This document shows positions 1 to 10,762 of a stretch of 39,221 nt of DNA, piece after piece (the first letter of the stretch is position 1; every line of letters starts with the position of its first letter). Position numbers and translations under genes: made by a program. The notes under the pieces are model-generated. The model saw only the letters and a list, made by a program, of their open reading frames with translations. It searched no databases and was not told the DNA's origin. This DNA comes from Betaproteobacteria bacterium (GTDB lineage Bacteria > Pseudomonadota > Gammaproteobacteria > Burkholderiales > Casimicrobiaceae): NCBI GenBank assembly GCA_005889025.1, contig VBCZ01000355.1, forward strand, positions 1-39,221, in the 5' to 3' direction.

Positions 1-1
1 G

Positions 2-781
2 ACCGTGCTCCTTCGTCGTCAGCTCGAAGCTATGCGCGACGGCGGCGTCTTCGTCATTCACGTTCCCAAGTCGCCTTACCGCTGCCCCCCGGGGCCTTAC
101 GAGCGAGCGTGCCAGGTGGCGCATTACTTTTCGATGCGGAAAAAGAAATCCAAAGTCATCATCCTCGACGCCAATGAGGATGTGCAGTCCGAGAAAGCGT
201 TGTTCATGGCCGCATGGAACGGCAAGTACCAGGGTTATATCGACTATCGACCCAACAGCGAGCTGGTCGACGTCGATGTGCCGACGCTGACGGTGAAGCT
301 GGATTTCGATGATGTGCGCGCGGACGTGCTGAACGTCATACCGCCTCAGCACGCGGGCGCGATCGCGCGGCAGGCCGGGATGTCGAATGCCAACGGGCGC
401 TTCTGCCAAGTCGATTTTTTGACCTATGAATCGACCGCGCAAAGGAACATTCATATTCTTGGCGATGCGATCCAGGTCGCGCCGTTGATGCCCAAGTCGG
501 GACACATGGCCAACCAGCACGGCAAGGTCTGTGCATCTGCGGTTGTCGACTTGCTGTCGGGCCGGGAAGTCAATCCGTCGCCGCTCATCGCGAACGCCTG
601 CTACAGCTATATCGATGACAAGGAAGTCGTGCATGTCACATCGGTGCATGCCTACGACGCGGAAAAAAAGACGATGGTCATCGTCCCCGGCAGCGGCGGA
701 TTGTCGCCCGCATCCAATGTGCAGGAAGCGGTGCTTGCGGAAGCGTGGGCGCAGAACATCTGGGCGGACATGCTTACCTGA
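2..781 (+). CDS. fccB: Flavocytochrome c sulfide dehydrogenase flavoprotein subunit (FccB/SoxF-like), 5'-truncated by window edge
   Basis: The reading frame is open to the window start. The translation contains KSPYRCPPGPYERACQVAHYF and a C-terminal half typical of FAD-dependent sulfide dehydrogenase flavoproteins. TGA stop at 779-781. Confidence 0.8.
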   Translation, partial: TVLLRRQLEAMRDGGVFVIHVPKSPYRCPPGPYERACQVAHYFSMRKKKSKVIILDANEDVQSEKALFMAAWNGKYQGYIDYRPNSELVDVDVPTLTVKLDFDDVRADVLNVIPPQHAGAIARQAGMSNANGRFCQVDFLTYESTAQRNIHILGDAIQVAPLMPKSGHMANQHGKVCASAVVDLLSGREVNPSPLIANACYSYIDDKEVVHVTSVHAYDAEKKTMVIVPGSGGLSPASNVQEAVLAEAWAQNIWADMLT

Positions 782-822
782 TTGCAACAGCGCGTGAGCC
801 CTGCCGGAATCAAATTCCGAAT

Positions 823-972
823 GGTGGAACCGAACAAGAAAGCTTCGTCCCGGGAGCATTTTCATCTCCATCCAAAAAATCAAAGTGTTAGCCATTTGAC
901 CGTCGGCCAGGCGGTCGTGGCCAATGCGCCGCAACAACAGTTATCCGCTACAACTCGTCATTCGGTTCCACC
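823..972. repeat. Pair of perfect 12-bp inverted repeats (GGTGGAACCGAA at 823-834, TTCGGTTCCACC at 961-972) bracketing a 126-bp AT-richer spacer
   Basis: Read directly from the sequence. The arms are exact reverse complements. They lie in the non-coding gap between the fccB stop and the aceA upstream region. Function unknown. Confidence 0.6.
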
Positions 973-1329
973 TGTCGGAAGCCATTTTTAACTTAATGAT
1001 TTGTAGGCTGAATTCCCACGTTGCATTGCGACAATTCCTATTGTGTCGGTCCACCAAGTTTGTTAACGTGATCTCACACACGCGGTTTTCGAAAAACTCA
1101 ACGACGACCGCGCGCAGGGCTTGGAGCCATCTATCCCATCCATGCCCGCCAGACCGGCCGAACGATCTTCACCGGTCCGTGCAGCGAAAGCGTCGCGCCT
1201 TACGTTCGCGATGCGCTTCGCACCGCGGTGCATCGAGCGACGTGTTCGCGCGATGCGCTGCTGACCGGTCCAGCAAGCGCACTTGATTGCCATGCTGGTG
1301 TGGCCACGATGCAAACGATGGGAGCAACG

Positions 1330-2643
<1,314 letters not shown>

Positions 2644-2657
2644 CGGCATACTGACTT

Positions 2658-2684
2658 ACGGAAATGGTTGACGACCATTTCCGT
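2658..2684 (+). terminator. Perfect 11-bp stem / 5-nt loop hairpin 15 nt after the aceA stop (ACGGAAATGGT-tgacg-ACCATTTCCGT), with no T-tract
   Basis: Inverted repeat read from the sequence. The position suits an aceA 3' stem-loop, but the missing U-run makes a classical intrinsic terminator uncertain. Confidence 0.4.
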
Positions 2685-2719
2685 CACGACCGGGGGTGAG
2701 GATCAACCTTTGCTGAGCC

Positions 2720-2865
2720 GTCGGTGCGAATTCATTCGCACGGACCGCTTCTTCCACAAGCGCGGCCGAATGAATTCGGCCCTACAACCATCGTTGCCGG
2801 TAGGTGCGAATTCATTCGCACGGACCGCCTCTTCGACCGGCGCGGCCGAATGAATTCGGCCCTAC
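2720..2865. repeat. REP/BIME-like array: two tandem 80-bp units, each with two oppositely oriented palindromic REP hairpins (core CGAATTCATTCG)
   Basis: Hairpins GTGCGAATTCATTCGCAC at 2724-2741 and 2804-2821. Hairpins GGCCGAATGAATTCGGCC at 2764-2781 and 2844-2861. Three of the four have a flanking GTAG tetranucleotide (2800-2803; as CTAC at 2782-2785 and 2862-2865). The array is intergenic between aceA and thpR. Confidence 0.75.
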
Positions 2866-2928
2866 AATGGGACCCACGGACGGCGCGGCGTCGCAAGACA
2901 TCGCGCCGTTTTGTCTTATAGTCGCAGG

Positions 2929-3456
2929 ATGGCCGGCAAAACCCTGCGTCTTTTTTTCGCGCTCTGGCCCGACGAGGCGACTCGCTCCGCGATCGCTGCG
3001 CTGTCGCAGGAGGTGATCGTCGAAACCGGGGGCCGCGGCATCGCTGCCGAGAATATGCACGTGACTCTCGCCTTTCTGGGCGAGCAGCCCGCGCGGCTCG
3101 TGACCCGGATCGACGCACGCTCAGCCGCGGCCGCGCCTCGATTCGAGCTCACTCTCGACGAGCTTGGATGCTGGGCGAAAAGCGGCATCGCCTGGCTGGG
3201 CGCAAGCGCGATCCCGGCCGGGCTCGCGAAGCTCGAGCAGGGCATCGTCATGGCGCTCGCGGCGCTCGGACTCGAAGGCGACGAACGGCCTTTTGCCGCG
3301 CATGTGACTCTGGCGCGCAGGATCGCGCGCCCGCTGCGCACGCGCATGGTCCAGCCCATCGTATGGAGTGTCGATTCGTTCGCGCTGGTTTCTTCCGAGG
3401 CCGCTGCAACCGGACGGGACTATCGTGTTGTCCGAAAATGGTCCTTGGCGCACTGA
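2929..3456 (+). CDS. thpR: RNA 2',3'-cyclic phosphodiesterase (2H phosphoesterase, ThpR/LigT family)
   Basis: About 175 aa with the two H-x-T-x motifs of the 2H superfamily (HVTLAF and HVTLAR). Start taken at MAGKTLRLFFALWP; ATG 2911 is an alternative. Confidence 0.85.
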   Translation: MAGKTLRLFFALWPDEATRSAIAALSQEVIVETGGRGIAAENMHVTLAFLGEQPARLVTRIDARSAAAAPRFELTLDELGCWAKSGIAWLGASAIPAGLAKLEQGIVMALAALGLEGDERPFAAHVTLARRIARPLRTRMVQPIVWSVDSFALVSSEAAATGRDYRVVRKWSLAH

Positions 3457-3478
3457 TGCAACCAGGGCCGCGCGGCGA

Positions 3479-4323
3479 TCACTCGCCGCGGGCGACCGGC
3501 CGCGTCGGAACGGCGATCCATTCGCTCCACGAGCCGGGATACAGCCGCGACCCGGGCAAGTCCGCGACCGCCATCGCAAGCACGTTGTGGCACGCGGTGA
3601 CGCCCGACCCGCACTGATGCACGACCGAAGCCGGCGCCGTTCCATCCAGTAATTCCGAAAATTCTTCGCGCAGCCTCGCTGCGGATTTGAACGTTCCCTC
3701 GGATGAGAGATTGGCCGAATACGGACGATTGAGGGCGCCGGGGATGTGGCCCGCGACCGGATCGATCGGCTCGACATCGCCGCGGAATCGCTCCGCCGCG
3801 CGCGCGTCGATCACCTTGAGCGAGTGCGTGCCCAGGTTGTCGAGAATCTCGGCGGCAGAAGCGACGGCAGCAGGCGTTCGCGGAACGAACGTGGCCGGCC
3901 GCACACTGGGCGGATCGCGGGTGACCGGCCGAGATTCGCGCATCCACTTGTCGATCCCACCGTCGAGCACCGCGACTACTTCATGCCCGAGCCATCGCAG
4001 CAGCCACCACAGCCGCGACGCCCACATGCCGTTGTTCTGGTCGTACGCGACGACTTGAGCCGAGGGGTCGATGCCCGCGCGGCGAGCGTTGCAACCAAGG
4101 CGGAGACTTCCGGCAAGGGGTGGCGGCCGTTGGCGCCCGTCTTGGCGCCCGACAGATCGCGATCGATGTGCATGAATTGCGCGCGCGGCAGGTGGCCGGC
4201 GCGATAGGCGCGCTCTCCTGCGTCGGCATCGCCGAGATCGTAGCGGCAATCCACGACTACAAGGTGCGGATCGTGAATCTCGCGCGCCAGCTCGGCAGTG
4301 CTGATCAGCGTGGTGAAATGCAT
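3479..4323 (-). pseudogene. sseA: Tandem-rhodanese sulfurtransferase (SseA / 3-mercaptopyruvate-thiosulfate sulfurtransferase-like) with an apparent 1-nt frameshift
   Basis: The N-terminal 83 aa (MHFTTLISTAELA...GRHPLPEVSALVATLAAR) are in one frame. The remainder (GIDPSAQVVAYD...HQCGSGVTACH...) is in the frame of ORF 3479..4378. The switch is at about 4071-4080. The joined length of about 281 aa is normal for the family. Confidence 0.75.
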
Positions 4324-4374
4324 TGCAACCGGCGGTCGAGAATCGCGATACGCATCCGCGAGACGCATGCGCAG

Positions 4375-7061
4375 TCAAAACAGAACGTCGTCGACGGGCC
4401 AGACCTCCACGCCGCCGAGACCCAGCGACGGGAGCGTGCTTGCTAGCGTCCTTCGGTCTCCGACGGCGACGACGATCATCGCCGAAGGATCGAGATAGCG
4501 GCGAGCGAGACGTTCGAGTTGAGGCGCGCCGACCGCCTGGAATTGCGCCGGCAGCTTGCGGTAATAATCGAGCGGCAGTCCATATGCAAACAGCTCTCCA
4601 AAGGACGCGGCAGTCGTGCTGTTGGTCTCGAACTGACCCGGCAGCGATTGCGTAAGCGAGCCCCGTGCATGTTTGAGCTCGTCGCCTGAAAGCGGCGACG
4701 ATTCGATACGCTTCAACTCGCCGAAGACTTCCTTGATCGCGGGCAGCGCAGCGTCGGCGCGCACGGCGGTGCGCACGGCGAAAGGCGCAGGCAGGCGGCC
4801 ATAATCGAACCGCGAGCCCGCACCGTAGGTATAGCCCTTCTCCTCGCGCAGATTCATGTTGATGCGGCTGGTGTACGCGCCGCCCAGCGCCTCATTGAGC
4901 ACCTGCAGTGCCGGAAAATCGGGCGTCGTGCGAACGGTCCCGATGCGCCCGATGCGAAGCTCGGTCTGGGGCGCGTCGGGCTTGTCGACGATGACAACCC
5001 GGGTCGAGACTGTTTTGGGTGGATTGATCGCGAGAGGCGCCGCTGCGGCCCCCGTCGCCTTCCATCCTCCCCACTGGCGCTCGGCAATCGTCCTGAGAGT
5101 TGCGGTGTCGACGGCGCCGACAACGACGATCGCGGCGTTGTCAGGACGGAAATATCGCTCCCAGTAGGCGCGGAGGTCCGATTGACCGATCCGCTGCACC
5201 GATTTCCCGGTCCCGATCGAGGCGGGGCCATAGGGATGCGCCGCACCGTATAGCGCACGCGTGAACGCCGCGTCGGCCAGCGCGCCCGCGTGTTCGCGCG
5301 CCTCGGCGATGTCGCTCAGCCGTGACTTGCGCTGGCGCTCGATTTCGTCGGCGGGAAACGTCGGATGCAAAGCGATGTCGGCGAGCAGCGCGCTCGCGTC
5401 GGCGAAGCTGCGCGACAAGGCATCGATGCGCAGCGTGGTCACGTCCCGGCGGGTTTGCGACGCGTACGCCGCGCCGAGCTGCTCGAGCTCACCGGCAAGC
5501 TGCTGCGAGGTGCGGGAGGTCGTGCCTTCCTCGAGCATCGCGGCGGCGAAGTCGGCAAGACCGGGAAGCTCCGGATCGCCGCCAGCCAATCCGGCGTGAA
5601 CAACGAGCTGAATGCTCGCGATCGGCAGGTTCGGACGTTCGAGGTGAAGGACCGTCAGCCCATTGGCAAGCTTGAACGTGCGCGGCGTCGGCAATGCCGG
5701 CGCGCGGGCCGGGCCCGGCTTCGGCAGTGTGTTGCGCCATGCCTCGTCGGCGTTGATCGATTCGGTGCCGTCGACGGCGGCAATCTGCGGCGCGGGCGGA
5801 TCGGGGTCGAGCTTCTTGTCGCCACGCACTGCGAACGTCACAATGCGCGCGTCTTTGCGCAAGTGAGCGCGCAGCGCACGCTGGACGTCGGCGGGAGTGA
5901 CCTTGTTGTAGCGCTCGATGTCCTTGGGCAGGTAACCCGGATCCCCGAGATAATGGTTGTATGAGTTGAGGAGATCGGCGCGGCCATTCATGCCGCCTAC
6001 CTTCTGCAGGTTCTGGTAGAGCGCTCGTTCGATCTGGTTGCGCGCGCGCTGCACCTCGTCGAGAGACGGACCTTCCGAGATCAGGCGCTCGATCTCCGCG
6101 TCGACGACGGGCAGCTGCTCGGCCGCGGTGTGTCCTTGCCGCGAAAGCGCCTGAATATTGAATATGGATGCAAGCGCGTACGCGTCCTGGTCGGCGCTGA
6201 CCTCCTGCGCGATCTGCAACTCGTAGACGAGCTTCTTGTAGAGCCGGCTGGACTTGCCGCCGGCCAATATGTACGCCGCAATCGTAAGCTCTGCGTCGTC
6301 GGGCTGAAATCGCGGCGGCGTGAGCCAATCGAGGTCGAGCCGCTCGAGCTCGATCTGGTCGGTGACCACCTGTCGGCGCTCGGAGGTGATCGAAGGCATC
6401 GGTATCGAGGGTTTGGAGACGTCGGGCCCCCGCTCGAACGAGCCGAAATATTGTCGCGCACGTCGACCAGGTTCGCCGCCTGGATATCGGTGTGCGATCC
6501 GATGATCACCGGCCGGTAGGGATGACCGGGCGGGAAAAGCGCGTGAAATCTCGCCTCGTCGACGATGCCGTAGGGCCGGTTCTCGGTCGTCTGCCGACGC
6601 TCGTTTCGAACGACATCCTGCTGGTTGGTCAGCGCCTTCTGATCGAGCGAGTCGAGCAGATAGCCCATGCGGTCGGCGTGCGTCCACAGGGCGAGCTCGA
6701 GCTGGTTCGACGGAACGGTGTCGAAGTAATTGGTGCGGTCGAATGAAGTGGTCGCGTTCGAATCGGTCCCGCCAGCGGCTTCAAGCACCGATTCGGCCAT
6801 GCCGCGGGGGATGTGCTTGCTGCCGGTGAACATCATGTGCTCAAAAAGGTGCGCGAACCCGGTGCGCGCGGGCTCCTCGTTCGCTGCGCCGACGTGGTAC
6901 CAGATGTCGACTGCGACGAGCGGCAAGCTGCGATCCTGCGAAAGAATGACTTCGAGGCCGTTGGCAAGGCGGTATTTCTCGTAGGGAAGGTCCGGCGTCG
7001 CGGCCTCGAGCGACGAGTTGAGCGAAATCGCCAGGGCCGTTGCGGCTATCCATTTTGGCAT
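4375..7061 (-). pseudogene. Two-unit M16 (pitrilysin/insulinase, PqqL-like) zinc protease, disrupted by an internal deletion plus frameshift
   Basis: The N-terminal part (signal-like MPKWIAATALA, HLFEH zinc motif) is in frame 6081..7061. The rest (YFGSFERGPDV... to ...VWPVDDVLF) is in frame 4375..6687. The junction at about 6446-6456 lacks the usual roughly 30-aa block (FF..YY.P.NA.L...GD...) between DV and YFG. Confidence 0.8.
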
Positions 7062-7213
7062 TGCGTATCCTGCATTAAAGAATTTGTGCGATAGCTTATC
7101 GGGGAAGCACCATTGGACACTGGTCGCGGCGCAATCGTGCCGGTGCTACCCAAGCGGACCTGAGGCATGAGGCGACCCGCAGAAAACTTTTGGTAGGTCG
7201 CGCGACGCTTGCG

Positions 7214-8317
7214 TTATTTGCCCGCAGCGAGCTCCCGCCGAAGAAATTCGTGGAAGTGCTGCATGCCGTCTTCCATCGGTGACTGGTAGGGACCGACTTC
7301 ATCGCGCCCCGCCGCGAACAGCGCCCGGCGCCCCGCGTCCATCCGCCTCGCGATCTCGTCGTCCTCCGCGGCAGTCTCCAGGTATGCCGCCTGCTCGGCC
7401 TCGACGAACTCGCGCTCGAACAAGGCGATGTCCTCGGGATAGTAGAACTCGACGACGTTGGTCGTTCGGTCGACCGAGCGCGCAATCAACGTGCTGACGA
7501 TAAGCACGTGCGCATACCACTCGACCATCACGGTGGGATAAATCGTGAGCCAGATCGCGCCGTGCGCGGGCATCTTGTCGCCGTAGTATGCGAGAACGGC
7601 TCTGTGCCAGCGCTCGTACGTTTTTGTTCCAGGCTTGGCGAGGCGGCCATTCACACCGACGGTCTGCAGCGAAAAGCGGCTCCCGAACTGCCACGCGAGG
7701 TCGTCGCAGGTGACGAACTGTCCCAACCCGGGGTGGAACGGGCCGACGTGATAGTCCTCCAGATAGACCTCGATGAACGTCTTCCAGTTGTACTCGCATT
7801 CGTGAACGATCTGGCGATCGAATACATAGCCCGAGAAATCGAAGAACTTCTCCGCGCGCAGGGCGGCCAGATCCGCGGCGACGTCGCGTGGACCATCGAA
7901 GAGGAGGCCGTTCCAATGCTGGAGCGGCGTGCTGTGAAGTCTTACGCACGGCTGCTCGTCGAAATGCGGCGCACCGAGGAGCGTGCCGCTCAAATCGTAT
8001 GTCCAGCGATGGACGGGGCAGACGATGTTCGAAGTCGAGCCCCTGCCATCGAGCATGAGCGCCTGACGGTGGCGGCAGACGTTGGACAACAGTTCGATGC
8101 CGTCGTTGTTGCGCACCAGCACCTGCGCGTTGTCGCGCACCGCGAGAGCGTGATAGTCGCCCGGATTGGGAACCATCAGCTCGTGCCCGACGTAGCCCGG
8201 ACCGCGTGGGAAAATCAGCCGATTTTCGAGCTTGAAGAGCTTCGGATCGCAATACCAGGAAACCGCGAGCTGCGACGTGGCTTGCCGCAATTGCTCGCGA
8301 GTCGCAAGATAGGACAT
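7214..8317 (-). CDS. Rieske [2Fe-2S] aromatic ring-hydroxylating oxygenase alpha-subunit-like protein
   Basis: Rieske motif CRHRQ...CPVHRW plus a C-terminal catalytic domain. Start at MSYLATREQL is preceded by AAGGAAAGG. The upstream 18 codons in the ORF track are unlikely to be coding. Confidence 0.85.
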   Translation of the reverse strand: MSYLATREQLRQATSQLAVSWYCDPKLFKLENRLIFPRGPGYVGHELMVPNPGDYHALAVRDNAQVLVRNNDGIELLSNVCRHRQALMLDGRGSTSNIVCPVHRWTYDLSGTLLGAPHFDEQPCVRLHSTPLQHWNGLLFDGPRDVAADLAALRAEKFFDFSGYVFDRQIVHECEYNWKTFIEVYLEDYHVGPFHPGLGQFVTCDDLAWQFGSRFSLQTVGVNGRLAKPGTKTYERWHRAVLAYYGDKMPAHGAIWLTIYPTVMVEWYAHVLIVSTLIARSVDRTTNVVEFYYPEDIALFEREFVEAEQAAYLETAAEDDEIARRMDAGRRALFAAGRDEVGPYQSPMEDGMQHFHEFLRRELAAGK

Positions 8318-8622
8318 CAGCCTTTCCTTTCGTGAACCGCCAACCCAACAAACAATATAAGAGGCGGTCAAAACCGCCCCCCAACCGCGTTGCTAAGTCA
8401 GCCCGTTACGAAAAGCTTCGCTTACTTTCGTATCAAAGGCTGCGTCGTCAAAATGAGCGTTGGATTATACCGCCAACGATCGAGCCGGGGCAAACCTAGC
8501 CTCCGGACTGATACGGATCTTCGCATCGTTCTCTAACGTTGGCCCTCATTGCCAAATGGGGTATTCTTTAACGCTTTTCAAGCATTCCATGCCGGCCTCG
8601 CGCCGCGCTCTTTTGCCGCCCG

Positions 8623-8895
8623 ATGTCCGACATCGCTTCTAAGACCGCGGATCCTCCAGCGAGTTTCGAAGCCGCTCTAGCGGAGCTCGAAAGTATTGTC
8701 TCCACCATGGAAGGCGGTCAGCTTCCACTTGCCGAATCGCTTGCCGCCTACAAGCGGGGCGCGGAACTGCTGCAATACTGCCAGAGCGCGCTCAAGGACG
8801 CGCAGCAACAGGTCCAGGTGCTGGAGCGTGGCGTGCTCAAGATGTTCGCCCCGGGTGGCGACGACGCTGAAGCGGGCCGAAACGATGAACCCTGA
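8623..8895 (+). CDS. xseB: Exodeoxyribonuclease VII small subunit
   Basis: 90 aa with FEAALAELESIVSTMEGGQLPLAESL typical of XseB. It overlaps the ispA start by 11 nt. Confidence 0.9.
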   Translation: MSDIASKTADPPASFEAALAELESIVSTMEGGQLPLAESLAAYKRGAELLQYCQSALKDAQQQVQVLERGVLKMFAPGGDDAEAGRNDEP

Positions 8896-9772
8896 CCTTG
8901 CTTGGGAAGTCTGGTCCAGCGAGCGCGCCCGACGCGTGGAGAATGTCCTTCAGCTTGCGCTGCCGCCCGCTACCGAACCGCCGCAGAATCTGCACGAAGC
9001 GATGCGTTACGCCGTTCTCGGCGGTGGCAAACGCATTCGCGCGCTGCTCGCATACGCCTCGGGCGAGCTCGCATCGGCGGACCCCCATGCGGTGGATGCC
9101 GCCGCTGCCGCTGTGGAGCTCATCCACGCCTATTCGCTGATTCACGACGATCTGCCTTGCATGGACGATGACGCGCTGCGGCGGGGCAAGCCCGCCTGTC
9201 ATGTCGCGTTCGGCGAGGCCACCGCGCTGCTCGCCGGCGATGCCCTTCAAAGCCTTGCCTTCGAACGGCTCGCGTCCGGCTCGATACCCGACCCGCAAGC
9301 CCAGATTGCGCGTCTTGGGCGAGCCAGCGGGTCGCGCGGAATGGCGGGCGGACAGGCCATGGATCTGGCCAGCGTCGGCGTCGGATTGAATCTGGCGGAA
9401 CTCGAACGCATGCATCGGCTCAAAACCGGCGCGCTCATCCAGGCCGCCGTTCGTCTCGGCGCTGCCTGCGGCCGCATCATGAGCGCCCAGGAAAACGATG
9501 CACTCGACCGCTATGCCGATGCGGTTGGACTGGCTTTCCAGGTCGTCGATGATGTCCTCGATGTCGAAGGTACCTCGCAAAGCCTGGGAAAAACCGCCGG
9601 CAAGGACGCCGCGCAAGGCAAGCCGACCTACGTATCCTTGCTCGGCATTACCACGGCGAATGCGCGCATCGCATCGCTGCAAGCCGAAGCGAGCGCGGCG
9701 CTGGCCGGTTTTGGTCCGTCCGCGCGGCGGCTGCTCGAGCTCGGCGGCTGGCTGTCGGCTCGCACGCGATGA
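8885..9772 (+). CDS. ispA: Farnesyl diphosphate synthase ((2E,6E)-FPP synthase)
   Basis: Polyprenyl synthase with both Asp-rich motifs (DDLPCMDDD and VVDDVLD). Start at MNPDLAWEVW. The longer ORF 8696.. is an out-of-context extension across xseB. Confidence 0.9.
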   Translation: MNPDLAWEVWSSERARRVENVLQLALPPATEPPQNLHEAMRYAVLGGGKRIRALLAYASGELASADPHAVDAAAAAVELIHAYSLIHDDLPCMDDDALRRGKPACHVAFGEATALLAGDALQSLAFERLASGSIPDPQAQIARLGRASGSRGMAGGQAMDLASVGVGLNLAELERMHRLKTGALIQAAVRLGAACGRIMSAQENDALDRYADAVGLAFQVVDDVLDVEGTSQSLGKTAGKDAAQGKPTYVSLLGITTANARIASLQAEASAALAGFGPSARRLLELGGWLSARTR

Positions 9773-9860
9773 GAGTCGAGCCTTTTCGCTTGCGATCGCA
9801 GCCTCTTGCACAACGCCGCGCGTTCCGATATTCGTGTCGAGCCATGAGCATGGCATCTCG

Positions 9861-10673
9861 ATGAATCGCCCTGAGTCGCCTCCCGGCATTCCTGACGTTC
9901 AATCGCGCCCCGATGCGCGCGAGCTCGCCATCGATCGCGTCGGCATTCGCGGCCTGCGCTATCCGATACGGTTTGCGGATGGGGGTGGCGAAGCGCAGTC
10001 GACCATCGCGATATTCGGCGTGTACGTCGCGCTGCCCGCCGAGCGCAAAGGCACGCACATGTCGCGGCTGGTCGCGGTCATCGACGAGCAGCGCGATCCG
10101 CTGACCGTCGACGGCCTGGGCGCTCTGCTCGACCAGATGCTCGCGAGGCTGGAAGCGACCGAGGGGCGCATCGAGATGGAATTCCCGTGGTTCAGGGAAA
10201 AGACCGCGCCGGTGACCGGCGTTCGCAGCATGATGGACTACGAAGTCAAGCTCTGCGCCGATCAGACCGCGGCCGGGCGCACGATCGCCGCGACGGTCAT
10301 CGTTCCGGTGATGAGTCTTTGCCCGAGCTCGAAGGCCATCGCCGACTATGGCGCGCACAACCAGCGCTCGCACTTGACGCTGAGCATCGTGCCTCGGGCC
10401 GGGGAAGCTGTCGCGCTCGCGGACATTGTCGCGATCGCCGAGGAGGAGTCGTCGTGTGAGCTCTACGGGCTGCTCAAGCGAGCAGACGAGAAATACGTCA
10501 CCGAGAGAGCGTACGATCGTCCTCGATTCGTCGAAGATCTCGTGCGCGGAATGGCGGCGAGGCTGTCGGTTGATTCACGGCTCGCCGGATTTCGCGTCGC
10601 CGCCGAGAATTTCGAGTCGATCCACAACCACTCCGCCTATGCCGAAATAGACCGGAGCGTCGAAACGCGCTGA
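9861..10673 (+). CDS. folE2: GTP cyclohydrolase IB (FolE2 / MptA family)
   Basis: About 270 aa with KGTHMSR, YGAHNQRSH and ENFESIHNHSAYA motifs. Start at MNRPESPPGIPDVQS. Confidence 0.9.
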   Translation: MNRPESPPGIPDVQSRPDARELAIDRVGIRGLRYPIRFADGGGEAQSTIAIFGVYVALPAERKGTHMSRLVAVIDEQRDPLTVDGLGALLDQMLARLEATEGRIEMEFPWFREKTAPVTGVRSMMDYEVKLCADQTAAGRTIAATVIVPVMSLCPSSKAIADYGAHNQRSHLTLSIVPRAGEAVALADIVAIAEEESSCELYGLLKRADEKYVTERAYDRPRFVEDLVRGMAARLSVDSRLAGFRVAAENFESIHNHSAYAEIDRSVETR

Positions 10674-10762
10674 CAGCCGCGAGAGTGCTTCGCGCTACGG
10701 TCGCGCTTCTTCGGTACACTCGACCTCGCTCCTTTCGCATCCGCGAGGCGCGACCCGCAGTT

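Noticed and set aside
2720-2865. Possible CRISPR array (regularly spaced repeats).
   Set aside because: There are only two 80-bp units. The repeats are internally palindromic and alternate in orientation, the spacers are themselves conserved, and no cas genes are present. REP/BIME is the better explanation.
2668-3118. Cluster of five short overlapping ORFs (61-128 aa) between aceA and thpR.
   Set aside because: They are generated by the tandem REP-like repeats, giving the same peptide RCEFIRTDR...RGRMNSAL twice. There is no RBS or family support.
6446-6456. Both large deletion junctions (M16 at 6446-6456 and LacI at 34456-34465) contain GCGCG-N-C(C)AATAT, which hints at a common excision footprint.
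   Set aside because: In both cases AATAT is explained by the native downstream codons (K-Y of EKYFG; N-I of SNIVGLV), and GCGCG is common in this DNA. It is most likely coincidence. The leuB, truA, sseA and cvpA sites lack it.
8696-8884. N-terminal extensions of ORF-track entries: 8696 for ispA, 9498 for folE2, 21028 for asd, 18965 for leuD, 19710 for leuB, 26445 for trpF, 27082 for trpB, 37523 for the permease and 11592 for the lipoprotein.
   Set aside because: The extensions overlap the upstream gene in another frame and have junk-like composition. Family-consistent internal starts with RBSs exist.
10315-10335. FolE2 reads SLCPSSK where I recall SLCPCSK in other FolE2 proteins, which might be an altered metal site.
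   Set aside because: I cannot verify from memory which Cys is the metal ligand. All other motifs are intact, so the evidence is insufficient to claim anything.
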